Shown: positions 9,911-20,317 of the stretch, piece by piece
Numbering within the stretch: position 1 is the stretch's first letter
Layout: each line of letters begins with the position of its first letter
Source: Patescibacteria group bacterium
GTDB taxonomy: Bacteria; Patescibacteriota; Patescibacteriia; XYB2-FULL-38-15
Reading direction: 5' to 3'
Length of the DNA: 64,000 nt
NCBI GenBank assembly: GCA_041737355.1
Contig: JBGSRW010000008.1
Span: forward strand, 191,061 to 255,060
Made by a program: the position numbers and the translations under genes
The notes under the pieces: generated by a model
The model's input: only the letters and a program-made list of their open reading frames with translations
Databases searched by the model: none
What the model was told of the DNA's origin: nothing

Positions 9911-10972
9911 TCAAATAAATTTTTTTAATTTTCTTTTTTCCAATTCTTCAACTATGCTTTTTACGTCGGCCGATCTTTCTTTCGGGCAAACCAACAACGC
10001 ATCTTCGGTTAAAACTACGACCATGCCGTCCAGGCCGACTGTCGCGATTAATTTATCTTTCGGGCCGTAAATCAAAGAATTTTTCGTGTCCAACGCGACA
10101 GTTTGCCCCTCAACCACATTGCCGCGGCCGTCCTGCCCGATTATTCCGGCGAGAACGTGCCATTTTCCAAGATCGCTCCATCCAATCTTTTCCGGAACAA
10201 TAACGGCGATTTTAGGAGCTTTTTTTGTGATGGCAGTTTCAATAGTAATTTTCTCCAGATTAGAGTAATTTCTTACGTCTTGTCCAGCCACTATTCCTTC
10301 ACATATCGCATATGTTTTTGGCTGAAATTCTCTGAACAAATCAAGAATCGTCCCGAGTTTCCAGATATACATTCCCGTATGGCAAAAATATTTTTTTGAT
10401 TTAATTATTCTTTTACATCTGGAAACATCCGGCTTCTCAATCCATTCGGCAACCTGAAAAATTTTTCCTTCTCCGTTCCCGGCCATTTTTTTTCCTGCCC
10501 CTATGTAGCTGTACCCCATATCGGGGTAAACTGGTTTTACGGCTGGCGTAATAATATATCCAGAATTTTTTTTCAAAAATTTTTCAGCCGCACGGAGCAT
10601 GCCGTAGAAAGACTTTTTGTTTGAAATATAATCGTCTGACGGCAAACTGGCAACAATAATATCCTCACCGAATCTTTTTGCTAAAACGCAACTTTCCAAG
10701 CAAATTGCCGGACCAGTATTTTTGGCGGCCGGCTCGGAAATAATATTATTATTTTTTATTTCCTTAATTTCTTTTTTTAATTTTCCCGCCATACCACGGC
10801 TCACGGAAATAAAAAGATCGTCTTTCCCAGCCAAGAGCGGCTTTACGCGATCAACCGTATTACGAATTAAGGATTTTTCATTAGTGATCGCCTGAAATTG
10901 TTTTGGATTGTCCTTCCGGGAAATCGGCCAAAGTCTTGTTCCTGTCCCGCCGGCGCGAATAACGATTTTCAT
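9911..10972 (-). CDS. manC: Mannose-1-phosphate guanylyltransferase
   Basis: AGGTGTRLWPISRKDNPKQF, EPAAKNTGPA, WSDLGKW. Confidence 0.88.
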   Translation of the reverse strand: MKIVIRAGGTGTRLWPISRKDNPKQFQAITNEKSLIRNTVDRVKPLLAGKDDLFISVSRGMAGKLKKEIKEIKNNNIISEPAAKNTGPAICLESCVLAKRFGEDIIVASLPSDDYISNKKSFYGMLRAAEKFLKKNSGYIITPAVKPVYPDMGYSYIGAGKKMAGNGEGKIFQVAEWIEKPDVSRCKRIIKSKKYFCHTGMYIWKLGTILDLFREFQPKTYAICEGIVAGQDVRNYSNLEKITIETAITKKAPKIAVIVPEKIGWSDLGKWHVLAGIIGQDGRGNVVEGQTVALDTKNSLIYGPKDKLIATVGLDGMVVVLTEDALLVCPKERSADVKSIVEELEKRKLKKFI

Positions 10973-10974
10973 AA

Positions 10975-11487
10975 TTAGAATATTTTTTTCCAATTAATTT
11001 TTCCGACCGCGTAAACGGCAAGCCAAGCCAATAGCACTCCTCCGAAAATATCCAGGGGGTAATGAACGCCGACATAAATGCGGGAAAGACCGACCAAAGC
11101 CGCCGCCATAAAAAAATAGACGCCGGTTTTTTTATCGTACCCGTACATGGAAAAAGCAATTACAAAAGAAATAAGAGTGTGCATCGACGGGAAAGAGCCG
11201 TCGGTCAATTTACCGACGAGAAGATTTACATCGTGAGCCAGGAACGGCCGCGGCCTGGTTTCAAATAAATTTATAATAATTTTTATTAGATAACCGAGAA
11301 GAGCCGCCAACGCCATTTTAAAAACTGATAAAATATTTTTTATTCCCCTTCCCCGAAAAATCAATATGCCGACCGCCGCAAACCCTATGAAAAAAATCAG
11401 GTATTTTGCGCAAAAAATACCGAACAAATCTAAAATGCTTGACTTACCCGAAAAACCGTTGATGAGTCTAAAAAAATAAAAATCCAT
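10975..11487 (-). CDS. PAP2-family undecaprenyl-diphosphatase (BcrC-like)
   Basis: K...RPRP, SFPSMH, SRIYVGVHYPLD motifs. Confidence 0.88.
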   Translation of the reverse strand: MDFYFFRLINGFSGKSSILDLFGIFCAKYLIFFIGFAAVGILIFRGRGIKNILSVFKMALAALLGYLIKIIINLFETRPRPFLAHDVNLLVGKLTDGSFPSMHTLISFVIAFSMYGYDKKTGVYFFMAAALVGLSRIYVGVHYPLDIFGGVLLAWLAVYAVGKINWKKIF

Positions 11488-11493
11488 AAAAAA

Positions 11494-12312
11494 TTATTTC
11501 TGGCAAACGGGGCAAAAACTTGTTCCCCGTCCGGCAAGTTTCTCTGTTTTTATTTTCCCCTTGCATGCCAAACAACTCTCCCCTTCCCGTCCGTAAACTT
11601 TAAGCAGGGGGACGTAACCGCCCTTTTCTCCGATTGCGTTGACGTAAGCATCAACCGAGGACCCGCCGCGCTCCAGGGCGGTTTCCAATATTTTTTTCAA
11701 ACAATGATAAATTTTTTCAATCTCTCCGCTTTTTAAGGTAGATACTTTTCTCGTCGGCAAAACCTTCGCGCAAAAACATGCTTCCTGGGCGTAAATATTT
11801 CCTACTCCAGCAACAAAAGTCTGATCCATGAGCAGAGGTTTTATTTTGGAATTCGGTTTTTGTTCTAACAAATCCTTAAAAACAGCTAGGGTAAATTTTT
11901 CGTCAAGGATCTCCGGCCCTAATTTTTCTTTAATAAATATTTTTTCAACCTCTTCGGTTTTTACAAGTTTCGCATAACCAAAAAGGCGGAAATCGTAGTG
12001 TTTTAGTTGATGACCGTCCGAAAAAGTATAAATAATGTGAGGCTTGCCGGTTCCTCCCTTGCCATTGTAAATCAACTGGCCGGACATCTTTAAGTGGACA
12101 ATAATACTCCAACCGTTTGAAAGATTGAAAATCAAAATTTTTGCCCGCCGGTCGATATCTTTTATTATGGCTCCGACTACCGTTTTTTCGAATTGAGCGA
12201 CTGGAACGTTAATCATCCTGGCCAACTTCACTTCGACCGATTCAATTTTTTTATTTTTTATCCTTGCGGCAAGCTGCCTCCTGATTGTCTCGACTTCCGG
12301 TAATTCCGGCAT
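11494..12312 (-). CDS. mutM: Formamidopyrimidine-DNA glycosylase
   Basis: N-terminal PELPEVE, HLKMSG, GVGNIYA, C-terminal zinc finger CxxC...CPVCQ. Confidence 0.96.
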   Translation of the reverse strand: MPELPEVETIRRQLAARIKNKKIESVEVKLARMINVPVAQFEKTVVGAIIKDIDRRAKILIFNLSNGWSIIVHLKMSGQLIYNGKGGTGKPHIIYTFSDGHQLKHYDFRLFGYAKLVKTEEVEKIFIKEKLGPEILDEKFTLAVFKDLLEQKPNSKIKPLLMDQTFVAGVGNIYAQEACFCAKVLPTRKVSTLKSGEIEKIYHCLKKILETALERGGSSVDAYVNAIGEKGGYVPLLKVYGREGESCLACKGKIKTEKLAGRGTSFCPVCQK

Positions 12313-12329
12313 AATTAAAAAATTTCCTT

Positions 12330-14972
12330 TTAAACCGCCTTCCGTTTTTCCCTCGAAAGGGAAAAATATTTAACAACCTCAATTAGCAGTATATTCAAAA
12401 TTCCAAAACAAATCAATATAAACCAGTCAACAAAGCGGAGGGGCGCTAATCTTAAAATATCGCGTAAAAATGGAATGTACAGCGCCGCCAATAAAACCGC
12501 GAAACTGAACACCATACTCATATTAAAAAACTTATTATTGAAAGGATTTTTTTCCCAAACCGCCGAGCGCAAACTCTTCAAACTCCATGCGGAAAAGAGC
12601 GGATATACGGCCAATCCGGCAAATGTCATGGTTCTGGCATAAACCAAATTTTCCGTTGAACTCCAAAAATAATAGAAGAGCGAGAAAAGAGCCAATACGG
12701 TAAAAACTCCTTTTGAAAAAATTATCGCCTTCATTTCCCGATCAAGAAGCGGGGCATTTCTTTTTACCGGTTTTTTTGACATCAATTCTTGTTCCTCCGG
12801 CTCGAGCGCCAGAGCCATTGCCGGAGTGCTGTGCTCTATAAAATTAATCCAAAGGATCTGGGCGGCTAAAACAGGCAAAGGCAACCCCGCCAAAAGACTT
12901 ATCCCAACCAAAACAACCTCGCAGAATCCATCGGAAAAAAAATAAACAAGAATTTTTCTTAAGTTTTCAAAAATCGTCCGTCCTTCCTTTACTGCCCGGA
13001 CGATACCGTTAAAATTATCGTCCAATAAAACAATATCGGCAACTTCCTTGGCAACATCCGTCCCCGTACCAAGCGCCACGCCGACATCAGCTTTCTTCAA
13101 AGCCGAGGCATCATTAACGCCGTCTCCCGTCATGGCTACAACCTCACCTCTTCTTTGCCAGGCGGTTATTATTCTTAGTTTATGTCTTGGTTCAACTCTG
13201 GCATAAATATCAATATTTTTTAAAATTTTATCCAGCTCGTTGTCGCTGATTTTATCGAGATCCTTGCCTTCCAAAATATTTTTTTCTTCGGCCGCCAGTC
13301 CTATTTCCCCGGCAACAGCCTGAGCCGTAAGCATATGGTCGCCCGTTACCAAAATTGGTCTTATCCCGGCGCCAAGGCAAATTTTTATTGCTTCTTTGGC
13401 TTCCGCCCTTACCGGATCCTTAAGGGCAACCAGCCCGACCAAAGTCATGCCATTTAGATTTTTCTCTCCGAATTCCTCGCTCGCACTGTTCAATTTATAA
13501 GCCGTTGCTAAAATTCTAAGCCCCCTTGATGCCAGTTCGTCTATTTTTTTCTTAAATTTTCTTATTCCTTCCGGAGTCAGTTTCTCGATATGGCCGTTGG
13601 CCTCAACTTCTTCGCACATTGAGATTATTTTCTCTGGAGCCCCTTTCAGATAAATAATTTTCTGCCCTGGCGAAAAATTTCTCCCCAAAATTTTTTTCTT
13701 AAATTCATGCAGGGTCGCCATGTATTTTTTTTCTTCGTCGAACGGAACCTCGTCTATTCGGAAAATACTCTTTTCCAGTTCGCTTTTATCCATGCCCGCC
13801 TGAACCGCCGCCAAAAATAAAGCCTGATCTATTGAATCCCCGGAAATAACCCAATCCTTCAGTTCGTTTTCCGGATTTTCTACGATGGCATTATTACAGA
13901 GAAGGCCTATTTCCAAAACTCTCATCCTGGCTTCCTCGCTTTGCGTTTCCGTAAAAATGTGATCTACGAGCATCTTGCCCAGAGTCAATGTCCCCGTTTT
14001 ATCCGAACAAATAACTGAAACGCTTCCCAGGGTTTCCGCGGCTACTAATTTTCTTACCAGCGCATTCGCTTTAAGAATTCTTTGCATCCCAACCGCCAGA
14101 ATCACTGTCATTACGATAGCCAAACCTTCGGGAACCGACGCTACGGCAACGGCCGCTACTATTAAAAACATGTCAACAGGCGATCTTCCCTGAGCCAATC
14201 CCACTAAAAATAAAAAAATCCCCGCTATAAAAAACCAAAAAGCAAGCCATTTGCTGAATTTAACCAATTTTTCCTGAAGCGGAGTTTTTTCCTCTTCTAT
14301 CTCCCTAAGCGTTAATGCTATTCTCCCGAGTTCGGTATCTTCCCCCGTGGAAACAACCATCCCTCTGCCGCGGCCGCGGATAATGCTTGTACCCATGTAA
14401 ACCATATTTTCCCGGTCAGCCAGCACTGTCCCTTTCCCCAAAATTTTTACCGATTTAGCGGAGGGCGAAGACTCTCCGGTTAATGCGGCTTCCTCGGCTT
14501 GCAGATTTTTTGCTTCAACAAGGCGGATATCGGCCGTTACCTTATCTCCGGCCTCAAGTAAAACGATATCTCCGGGAACCAAATCTTCGGAATTAACTTT
14601 GTGCTCTCGCCCGCCCCTTATAACAAGCGCCCTGTATTTCAATACCTTTTTCAAACGCTGGATTGCTTTCTCAGCTTTATTTTCTTCAAAAAAACCAACA
14701 ACGGTATTCAAAAAAACCGTCGCAGTAATCACTCCGGAATCGACAAACTCTTTAAGAAAAAAAGTGATCGCGGCGGCTATAAGCAAAATGTAAATCAGCG
14801 GACTCTTGAACTGGTTAAAAAAAATTTTAAATTTTGTCAGCCTTTTTTCTTCCGGTAATTCGTTCGGGCCGTATTTTGCCAACCTTTTTCCCGCTTCATC
14901 AAAACTCAAACCGCTTTCGGCGGTTTTAAGGCGGGCAAAAATTTCGCGGTTAGAAACGGCGTGCCAGTCCAT
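12330..14972 (-). CDS. P-type (IIA-like) cation-transporting ATPase
   Basis: TGES, PEGL, DKTGTLT, KGAPE, TGD, TGDGVND motifs. Confidence 0.95.
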   Translation of the reverse strand: MDWHAVSNREIFARLKTAESGLSFDEAGKRLAKYGPNELPEEKRLTKFKIFFNQFKSPLIYILLIAAAITFFLKEFVDSGVITATVFLNTVVGFFEENKAEKAIQRLKKVLKYRALVIRGGREHKVNSEDLVPGDIVLLEAGDKVTADIRLVEAKNLQAEEAALTGESSPSAKSVKILGKGTVLADRENMVYMGTSIIRGRGRGMVVSTGEDTELGRIALTLREIEEEKTPLQEKLVKFSKWLAFWFFIAGIFLFLVGLAQGRSPVDMFLIVAAVAVASVPEGLAIVMTVILAVGMQRILKANALVRKLVAAETLGSVSVICSDKTGTLTLGKMLVDHIFTETQSEEARMRVLEIGLLCNNAIVENPENELKDWVISGDSIDQALFLAAVQAGMDKSELEKSIFRIDEVPFDEEKKYMATLHEFKKKILGRNFSPGQKIIYLKGAPEKIISMCEEVEANGHIEKLTPEGIRKFKKKIDELASRGLRILATAYKLNSASEEFGEKNLNGMTLVGLVALKDPVRAEAKEAIKICLGAGIRPILVTGDHMLTAQAVAGEIGLAAEEKNILEGKDLDKISDNELDKILKNIDIYARVEPRHKLRIITAWQRRGEVVAMTGDGVNDASALKKADVGVALGTGTDVAKEVADIVLLDDNFNGIVRAVKEGRTIFENLRKILVYFFSDGFCEVVLVGISLLAGLPLPVLAAQILWINFIEHSTPAMALALEPEEQELMSKKPVKRNAPLLDREMKAIIFSKGVFTVLALFSLFYYFWSSTENLVYARTMTFAGLAVYPLFSAWSLKSLRSAVWEKNPFNNKFFNMSMVFSFAVLLAALYIPFLRDILRLAPLRFVDWFILICFGILNILLIEVVKYFSLSREKRKAV

Positions 14973-14974
14973 AT

Positions 14975-16543
14975 TTAAATTAACTCCGTACCGGTCATCT
15001 CTCCCGGTTTCGGTACGCCTATAATTTTTAAAATCGTCGGAGCCACGTCGGCTAAAATTCCGACCGGGGAAACCAAACTCAAATCTCTCCCCGAGGTGCC
15101 TCCGGCCTGCCCTTCAAACCCCCGTCCGGCAATAACCAAAGGAACGGGATTTGTACTGTGCTCTTTGTCAATTTCACCCGTCTGCAAATTGGCTACTTCT
15201 TCGGCGTTACCATGATCGGCGGTCATCATAAGAACTCCCCCGAGAGGCAAAATTATATTTGCTATTTCTCCGACGCAAAAATCGACCGCTTCCGCCGCCT
15301 TGACCGTCGCTTCGATATTCCCGGTATGTCCGACCATATCCGCGTTGGCAAAATTAACGACAATAAAATCGTATTTTTGCGAGCTTATCGCTTTTACCAA
15401 TGAATTTTTGACTTCCGTCGCCGACATCTCGGGTTTCTGGTCGTAAGAAGCGACGCGCGGTGAGGGAATAATAATACGGTCTTCCCCGGGAAATTCCTCT
15501 TCCCTCATACCGTTGAAAAAGAATGTAACATGAGCATATTTTTCCGTTTCGGCGATATGCAGCTGTTTTAATCCCGCCTCGCTCAAAACTTTAGCCAAAC
15601 AAGTCCTGACTTCGTCCGGAGGAAAAACAACCTTGACCGGCAGGCCCTTTTCATATTCCGTCATTGTCGCAAAAAAAAGATTGTGGAATTTTTTTACTTC
15701 CGGAAATTTATCAAAATTATCGCTGACAAAAGCTTTTGTCATTTCCCTGGCGCGGTCGGCGCGATAGTTGAAAAAAACGACCGCATCGTTATCTTCTACG
15801 GTAGCGACCGGTTTTTTACGTTCAGAAATTACGACCGGAACAAATTCTTCGTCATAAACTTTTTTTTCGTAAGAATCCCTGACCGCTTTTTTAGGATCGG
15901 AAAAATAATTATCGCTTTTCCCCAAGACAATAGCCTGATATGCCTTTTCGACTCTGTCCCAACGGTTGTCCCTGTCCATGGCGTAAAAGCGTCCCGAAAG
16001 TGTCGCTATTTTTCCTACCCCGCATTCCTTTATTTTTTCCTCCAATTTTGAAATAAAATCTATGCCGCTGTTAAAAATCGTATCACGTCCGTCTAGAAAC
16101 GCATGGATAAAAACTTTTTTTATTTTTTGATCGGCGGCAAATTTTAAAAGCGCATAAAGATGTTCTATTGTTGTATGGACCTTTCCGCTGCTCACAAGCC
16201 CCATGAGATGCAAATTTGATTTGTTGTATTTCACATGTCTGGCCGCGTCAAGCAAAACCGGGTTATCAAAAAAAGAACCATCACCAATGGATTTGTTTAT
16301 TTTTGGAAGAGTTTGATAAAATATTCTGCCGGTCCCGAGATTAAGGTGGCCGACTTCCGAAGTTCCCATTTCTCCCCAGGAAAGACCTACTTCGCCGCCC
16401 GAAGCCCGGAGGGTCATTGTCGGATAATTGGCAAAAATTCTATCGATATTCGGCGTCTTGGCGAGCATGATGGCATTCCCCGGCCCCGGAGGGGCAACAC
16501 CCCATCCATCCAATATAGCCAACACCACTGGTTTCTGACTCAT
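14975..16543 (-). CDS. gpmI: 2,3-bisphosphoglycerate-independent phosphoglycerate mutase (copy 1)
   Basis: ILDGWG, GTSEVGH, AETEKYAHVTFFFNG, DMVGHTG, TADHGN. Confidence 0.95.
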   Translation of the reverse strand: MSQKPVVLAILDGWGVAPPGPGNAIMLAKTPNIDRIFANYPTMTLRASGGEVGLSWGEMGTSEVGHLNLGTGRIFYQTLPKINKSIGDGSFFDNPVLLDAARHVKYNKSNLHLMGLVSSGKVHTTIEHLYALLKFAADQKIKKVFIHAFLDGRDTIFNSGIDFISKLEEKIKECGVGKIATLSGRFYAMDRDNRWDRVEKAYQAIVLGKSDNYFSDPKKAVRDSYEKKVYDEEFVPVVISERKKPVATVEDNDAVVFFNYRADRAREMTKAFVSDNFDKFPEVKKFHNLFFATMTEYEKGLPVKVVFPPDEVRTCLAKVLSEAGLKQLHIAETEKYAHVTFFFNGMREEEFPGEDRIIIPSPRVASYDQKPEMSATEVKNSLVKAISSQKYDFIVVNFANADMVGHTGNIEATVKAAEAVDFCVGEIANIILPLGGVLMMTADHGNAEEVANLQTGEIDKEHSTNPVPLVIAGRGFEGQAGGTSGRDLSLVSPVGILADVAPTILKIIGVPKPGEMTGTELI

Positions 16544-16588
16544 AGATAAATTTATATCAAAAATCAAAAAATTTTTTGATTTTTATTT

Positions 16589-18151
16589 TTATTCAAAAAG
16601 ACTTTTTCTCGTCATTTCTCTTGGCTGAACGATATCCATTATATCCAAAATAGTCGGGGCTACGTCGGCCAAAACTCCGTGGCGCAGCTTTCTTTTCTTT
16701 TTATTTTTAAAATTTGGCCCGGCTACAATAAGCGGCACGTGGTTAATTGAATGTTCAGTATTTATTTCTCCGGTCTTCGTATTGAGCATTTCTTCTACAT
16801 TGCCGTGGTCGGCCGTGATTATAGCCGTTCCATCCTTGCGAAAAACGCCCCTAATAATTTTCCCAACGCAAGCGTCAACCGCCCGAACCGCCTTGATGCC
16901 GGCGGCAAGGTTACCGGTATGCCCAATCATGTCCGGATTGCAAAAATTAACAGTGACAAAATCATAACGGCCGCTGTCAATACATCTTCTTACTTCGTAG
17001 GTAACGTTTTCCGCATTCATTTCCGGCTTTTCTTCGTAATGCGCCATGGGCGGAGACGGAACCCTTATTCTTTCTTCGCCATAGATAGGATCAGCGTTAC
17101 CTCCGTTAAAGAAATAAGTTATGTGGGCGTACTTTTCCGCTTCGGCAATATAAATTTGTCTCTTGTCGCGAAGCACCGCCGGCAGGGCGCTTAAAATATT
17201 GCGGGCTGGAAAAGCCGTCATAATGTGGGGCAAATCCGGACCAAAATCGGTCATGGCGGCAAAGACAATATTTTTGGCTATTTTTTTTCTTATGAACGAA
17301 CGGCTGTTTTTTTCCGTAAAATCTTTCTGGACAAAAGTTTTCGTAATTTCCCTGGCCCGGTCGGATCTCAAATTGAAAAAAATTATCACATCGTTATCCC
17401 CGATAGTCGCAATCGGCTTATGGTCGTTGGTGATAACTGTCGGAACAATAAATTCATCCGTTTCTCCGCGGTTATAGGCGGAGGCAATCGCGGCCTCGGC
17501 TGACTCGGCAATTACCCCCTGTCCCAAAACCATGGCATTGTATGCCGCCTCAATCCTTTCCCACTTCTTGATACGGTCCATGGCGTAAAAACGCCCCATT
17601 ATTGTCGCGATTTTTTCCGTACCGTGAAAATGGGCCTTTAGTTTCGGTAAAAGTTTGATAGCCGCGAATCTTGAAGAATCACGGCCGTCGGTGAAAAGAT
17701 GCAAAAATACCTTATCCGCCCCTTGCTGATTTATGAGATCGAGAACGGAATAAAGGTGGCTTGGAAAAGCGTGAGCCGACTCGCCGTTCGAAAGCAACCC
17801 CATAAGATGCACTTTTGATTTATTTTTTTGCGCGTGCTTAAGGGCTTCGATAAAAGCCGTATTTTTGAAAAAAGTACCATCTTTGATGCTTTCATTTATA
17901 TAAACCGAATCCTGCTTTACTATCCATCCGGCCGACAAATTCATATGCCCGGCTTCCGAGTTGCCTTCCTGATTCCCGGGCAAACCGGCCGCTCTCCCGT
18001 GAGCCGCGAGAAGCGCGCAGGGAAATTCATTCCAGAGTGCGGTCATCGTCGGAGTTTTCGCAAGAGTTACGGCGTTCCCCGGCCCGGGCGGCGCCACTCC
18101 CCAGCCGTCAAGTATTACAAGTACCGTAGGTTTTTTATGATTTTTGGGCAT
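16589..18151 (-). CDS. gpmI: 2,3-bisphosphoglycerate-independent phosphoglycerate mutase (copy 2)
   Basis: ILDGWG, GNSEAGH, AEAEKYAHITYFFNG, DMIGHTG, TADHGN. Confidence 0.95.
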   Translation of the reverse strand: MPKNHKKPTVLVILDGWGVAPPGPGNAVTLAKTPTMTALWNEFPCALLAAHGRAAGLPGNQEGNSEAGHMNLSAGWIVKQDSVYINESIKDGTFFKNTAFIEALKHAQKNKSKVHLMGLLSNGESAHAFPSHLYSVLDLINQQGADKVFLHLFTDGRDSSRFAAIKLLPKLKAHFHGTEKIATIMGRFYAMDRIKKWERIEAAYNAMVLGQGVIAESAEAAIASAYNRGETDEFIVPTVITNDHKPIATIGDNDVIIFFNLRSDRAREITKTFVQKDFTEKNSRSFIRKKIAKNIVFAAMTDFGPDLPHIMTAFPARNILSALPAVLRDKRQIYIAEAEKYAHITYFFNGGNADPIYGEERIRVPSPPMAHYEEKPEMNAENVTYEVRRCIDSGRYDFVTVNFCNPDMIGHTGNLAAGIKAVRAVDACVGKIIRGVFRKDGTAIITADHGNVEEMLNTKTGEINTEHSINHVPLIVAGPNFKNKKKRKLRHGVLADVAPTILDIMDIVQPREMTRKSLFE

Positions 18152-18221
18152 AAAAATTATTAAACTCGAAACTTGTAATCCGACCGAACGAATTACAAGG
18201 CGAGATTATCTTTTTTATTTT

Positions 18222-18995
18222 TTATTTAATCTCGTAACTCACCGTCACATTGACAATAACATCCATACTCCCTTGTTCAACCGATGGTGCCGGCATTTCT
18301 CCGCCTCCGCCCATACCGAGCCCGTCAACCGACTTATAGGCATAGCTTGGAGCTTCCGAATACTCGCTGAAAGAAACGATTTTCCCGAGCTTCACTCCGG
18401 CAACTTTTGCCAAAGCTTCCGCTTTTTCCTTGGCATTGTCAAGCGCCTTGATTCTCGCTTCCTGACGTAACGTCTCCGGATCATCAATGTTAAAGGAAAG
18501 GCCGCTTACCTGGTTTGCGCCATTCTCCCCGGCAGCCGCCAAAACATCGCCAATTTTCGCCAAATTTCTGATCTTTACGGAAACGCCCTGGCTAACCTGG
18601 TAACCGCGCAAAACCTGCTTGCCGTTCGGCCAATCGTACTGCGGATAAATATTGTAATAACTCGTCTGGATATCTTTTGATTCCACGCCTAGAGTTTTGA
18701 GATTCGCGATCAAGCGATTCATCTTATCCGTGTTCTCTTTCTGCGCGCTCTTCACGTCGGCTTTCTCGGTCAGGAGACCGACTTCGATTGAAGCAATGTC
18801 CGGAATACTAGTAATCTTCCCCTGCCCGGAAATCGCGATCGTGTCGCGCTCAGCCGTCGGTTTTCCGATGTACTGATAGCTTTTCATATTTTTTGCCACA
18901 ACTGTGCCGAGCACCGCCAAAATACCGAGCATCACAAAAACGATGACGACGGTAAAAAGTTTATTTGTTTTCCACGATGGCCAAAAATTGTCCAT
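18222..18995 (-). CDS. SIMPL domain (DUF541) protein
   Basis: N-terminal TM; ISGQGKITSIPD, DIQTSYYNIYPQY, ARIKALDNAKEKAEALA. Confidence 0.9.
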   Translation of the reverse strand: MDNFWPSWKTNKLFTVVIVFVMLGILAVLGTVVAKNMKSYQYIGKPTAERDTIAISGQGKITSIPDIASIEVGLLTEKADVKSAQKENTDKMNRLIANLKTLGVESKDIQTSYYNIYPQYDWPNGKQVLRGYQVSQGVSVKIRNLAKIGDVLAAAGENGANQVSGLSFNIDDPETLRQEARIKALDNAKEKAEALAKVAGVKLGKIVSFSEYSEAPSYAYKSVDGLGMGGGGEMPAPSVEQGSMDVIVNVTVSYEIK

Positions 18996-19080
18996 ACATT
19001 TTTGTTAACAGGCAACGGGCAACCTCTAACGCTTTACGTTACAGGCCGTAAGTTGCATGCCAAAAGTTATAAAAAATTAA

Positions 19081-20277
19081 TTATTTTATTAACGGTTTAA
19101 TTCCTGGTAATATTTTCCCTTCCAAAAATTCAAGCATGGCTCCCCCGCCCGTGGAAATATGATCGATATATCCGGCCATACCAGTTTTTTCTATCGCCTC
19201 TATTGTCTCTCCGCCGCCAACAACCCCGAAAACCTTGCCTTTTGACCGCGCCGCGACAAGTTGACCGAGGGCGATTGACCCATGGCTGTATTTAGGAATT
19301 TCAAAATATCCCATCGGACCGTTCCAGACGATGGTCTGGGCGCGTCTTATAATTTCCGCGTACTTCCTTACCGTTTCAGGGCCAACATCCAAAAGAGCGT
19401 AAGGTTTTTTGCAAAGCTCGGCCTTCTTGCCCGGGACTTTGACTACCCAGGCTTTTTTGCCTTTGAAATCTCCGGCGACAAAATCAACCGGCAAAATTAT
19501 TTTTTTGTTGGCCAGCAATTTTTTCGCAGTTTTAATTTCTTTCTCTTCAAAGACCGAACCGCCGATGCCGTATCCGGCCGCTTTGAAAAAATTATTAACC
19601 AGCGCGCCGCCAAGAAGGATATTGTTCACTTTTTTAAGAAGATTTTCTATGACTCCGATTTTTGTGGAAATTTTCGCTCCGCCGATCATCGCCATAAATG
19701 GCTTTTTTGGCTTAGTAAGCAGCCCGCTTAAAACATTGATTTCTTTTTCCATGAGAAATCCGGCGTAGCTCGGCAAGAATTTCGTCACACCGACGATTGA
19801 GGCGTGTGCCCGATGCGCCGCGGCGAAAGCGTCATTAACGTAAATATCGGCTAAGCCCGCAAGCCCCTTGGCGAATTTCAGATCGTTTTTTTCTTCACCC
19901 GGATCAAAACGTAAATTTTCAAGCAAGATCAATTCTCCATTTGCCATGGCGTCAATTTTTTCCAAAGCTTTTTTTCCTTCCCAGTTGGCCGGAGCAATCC
20001 CTTGCATTCTTAAAATCTTGGCAAGCGCCGCGCCGACCGGTCTCAAACTCAAATCCGCTTTTATTTTTCCGCCCGGGTCGCCCAAGTGGCTTATCAAAAT
20101 AATTTTTGCTCCTGCCGCGAGAAGATAGTTTATAGTCGGAACGGCCGCGACAATTCTCGTATCGTCTGCGACAGTAATTTTTCCGCCGGCTTTTCCAAGT
20201 GGCACATTAAAATCAACCCGGAGCAAAACCTTTTTGCCCTTCAGCTCCTTAATCTCCTTTATTGTTTTGAGTTTCAT
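19081..20277 (-). CDS. pgk: Phosphoglycerate kinase
   Basis: LLRVDFNVP, LENLRF, NDAFAAAHRAHAS, WNGPMG, HISTGGGA. Confidence 0.97.
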   Translation of the reverse strand: MKLKTIKEIKELKGKKVLLRVDFNVPLGKAGGKITVADDTRIVAAVPTINYLLAAGAKIILISHLGDPGGKIKADLSLRPVGAALAKILRMQGIAPANWEGKKALEKIDAMANGELILLENLRFDPGEEKNDLKFAKGLAGLADIYVNDAFAAAHRAHASIVGVTKFLPSYAGFLMEKEINVLSGLLTKPKKPFMAMIGGAKISTKIGVIENLLKKVNNILLGGALVNNFFKAAGYGIGGSVFEEKEIKTAKKLLANKKIILPVDFVAGDFKGKKAWVVKVPGKKAELCKKPYALLDVGPETVRKYAEIIRRAQTIVWNGPMGYFEIPKYSHGSIALGQLVAARSKGKVFGVVGGGETIEAIEKTGMAGYIDHISTGGGAMLEFLEGKILPGIKPLIK

Positions 20278-20317
20278 AAACTTAAAATTAATACGTATAA
20301 AAATATTTTTGGTAACA

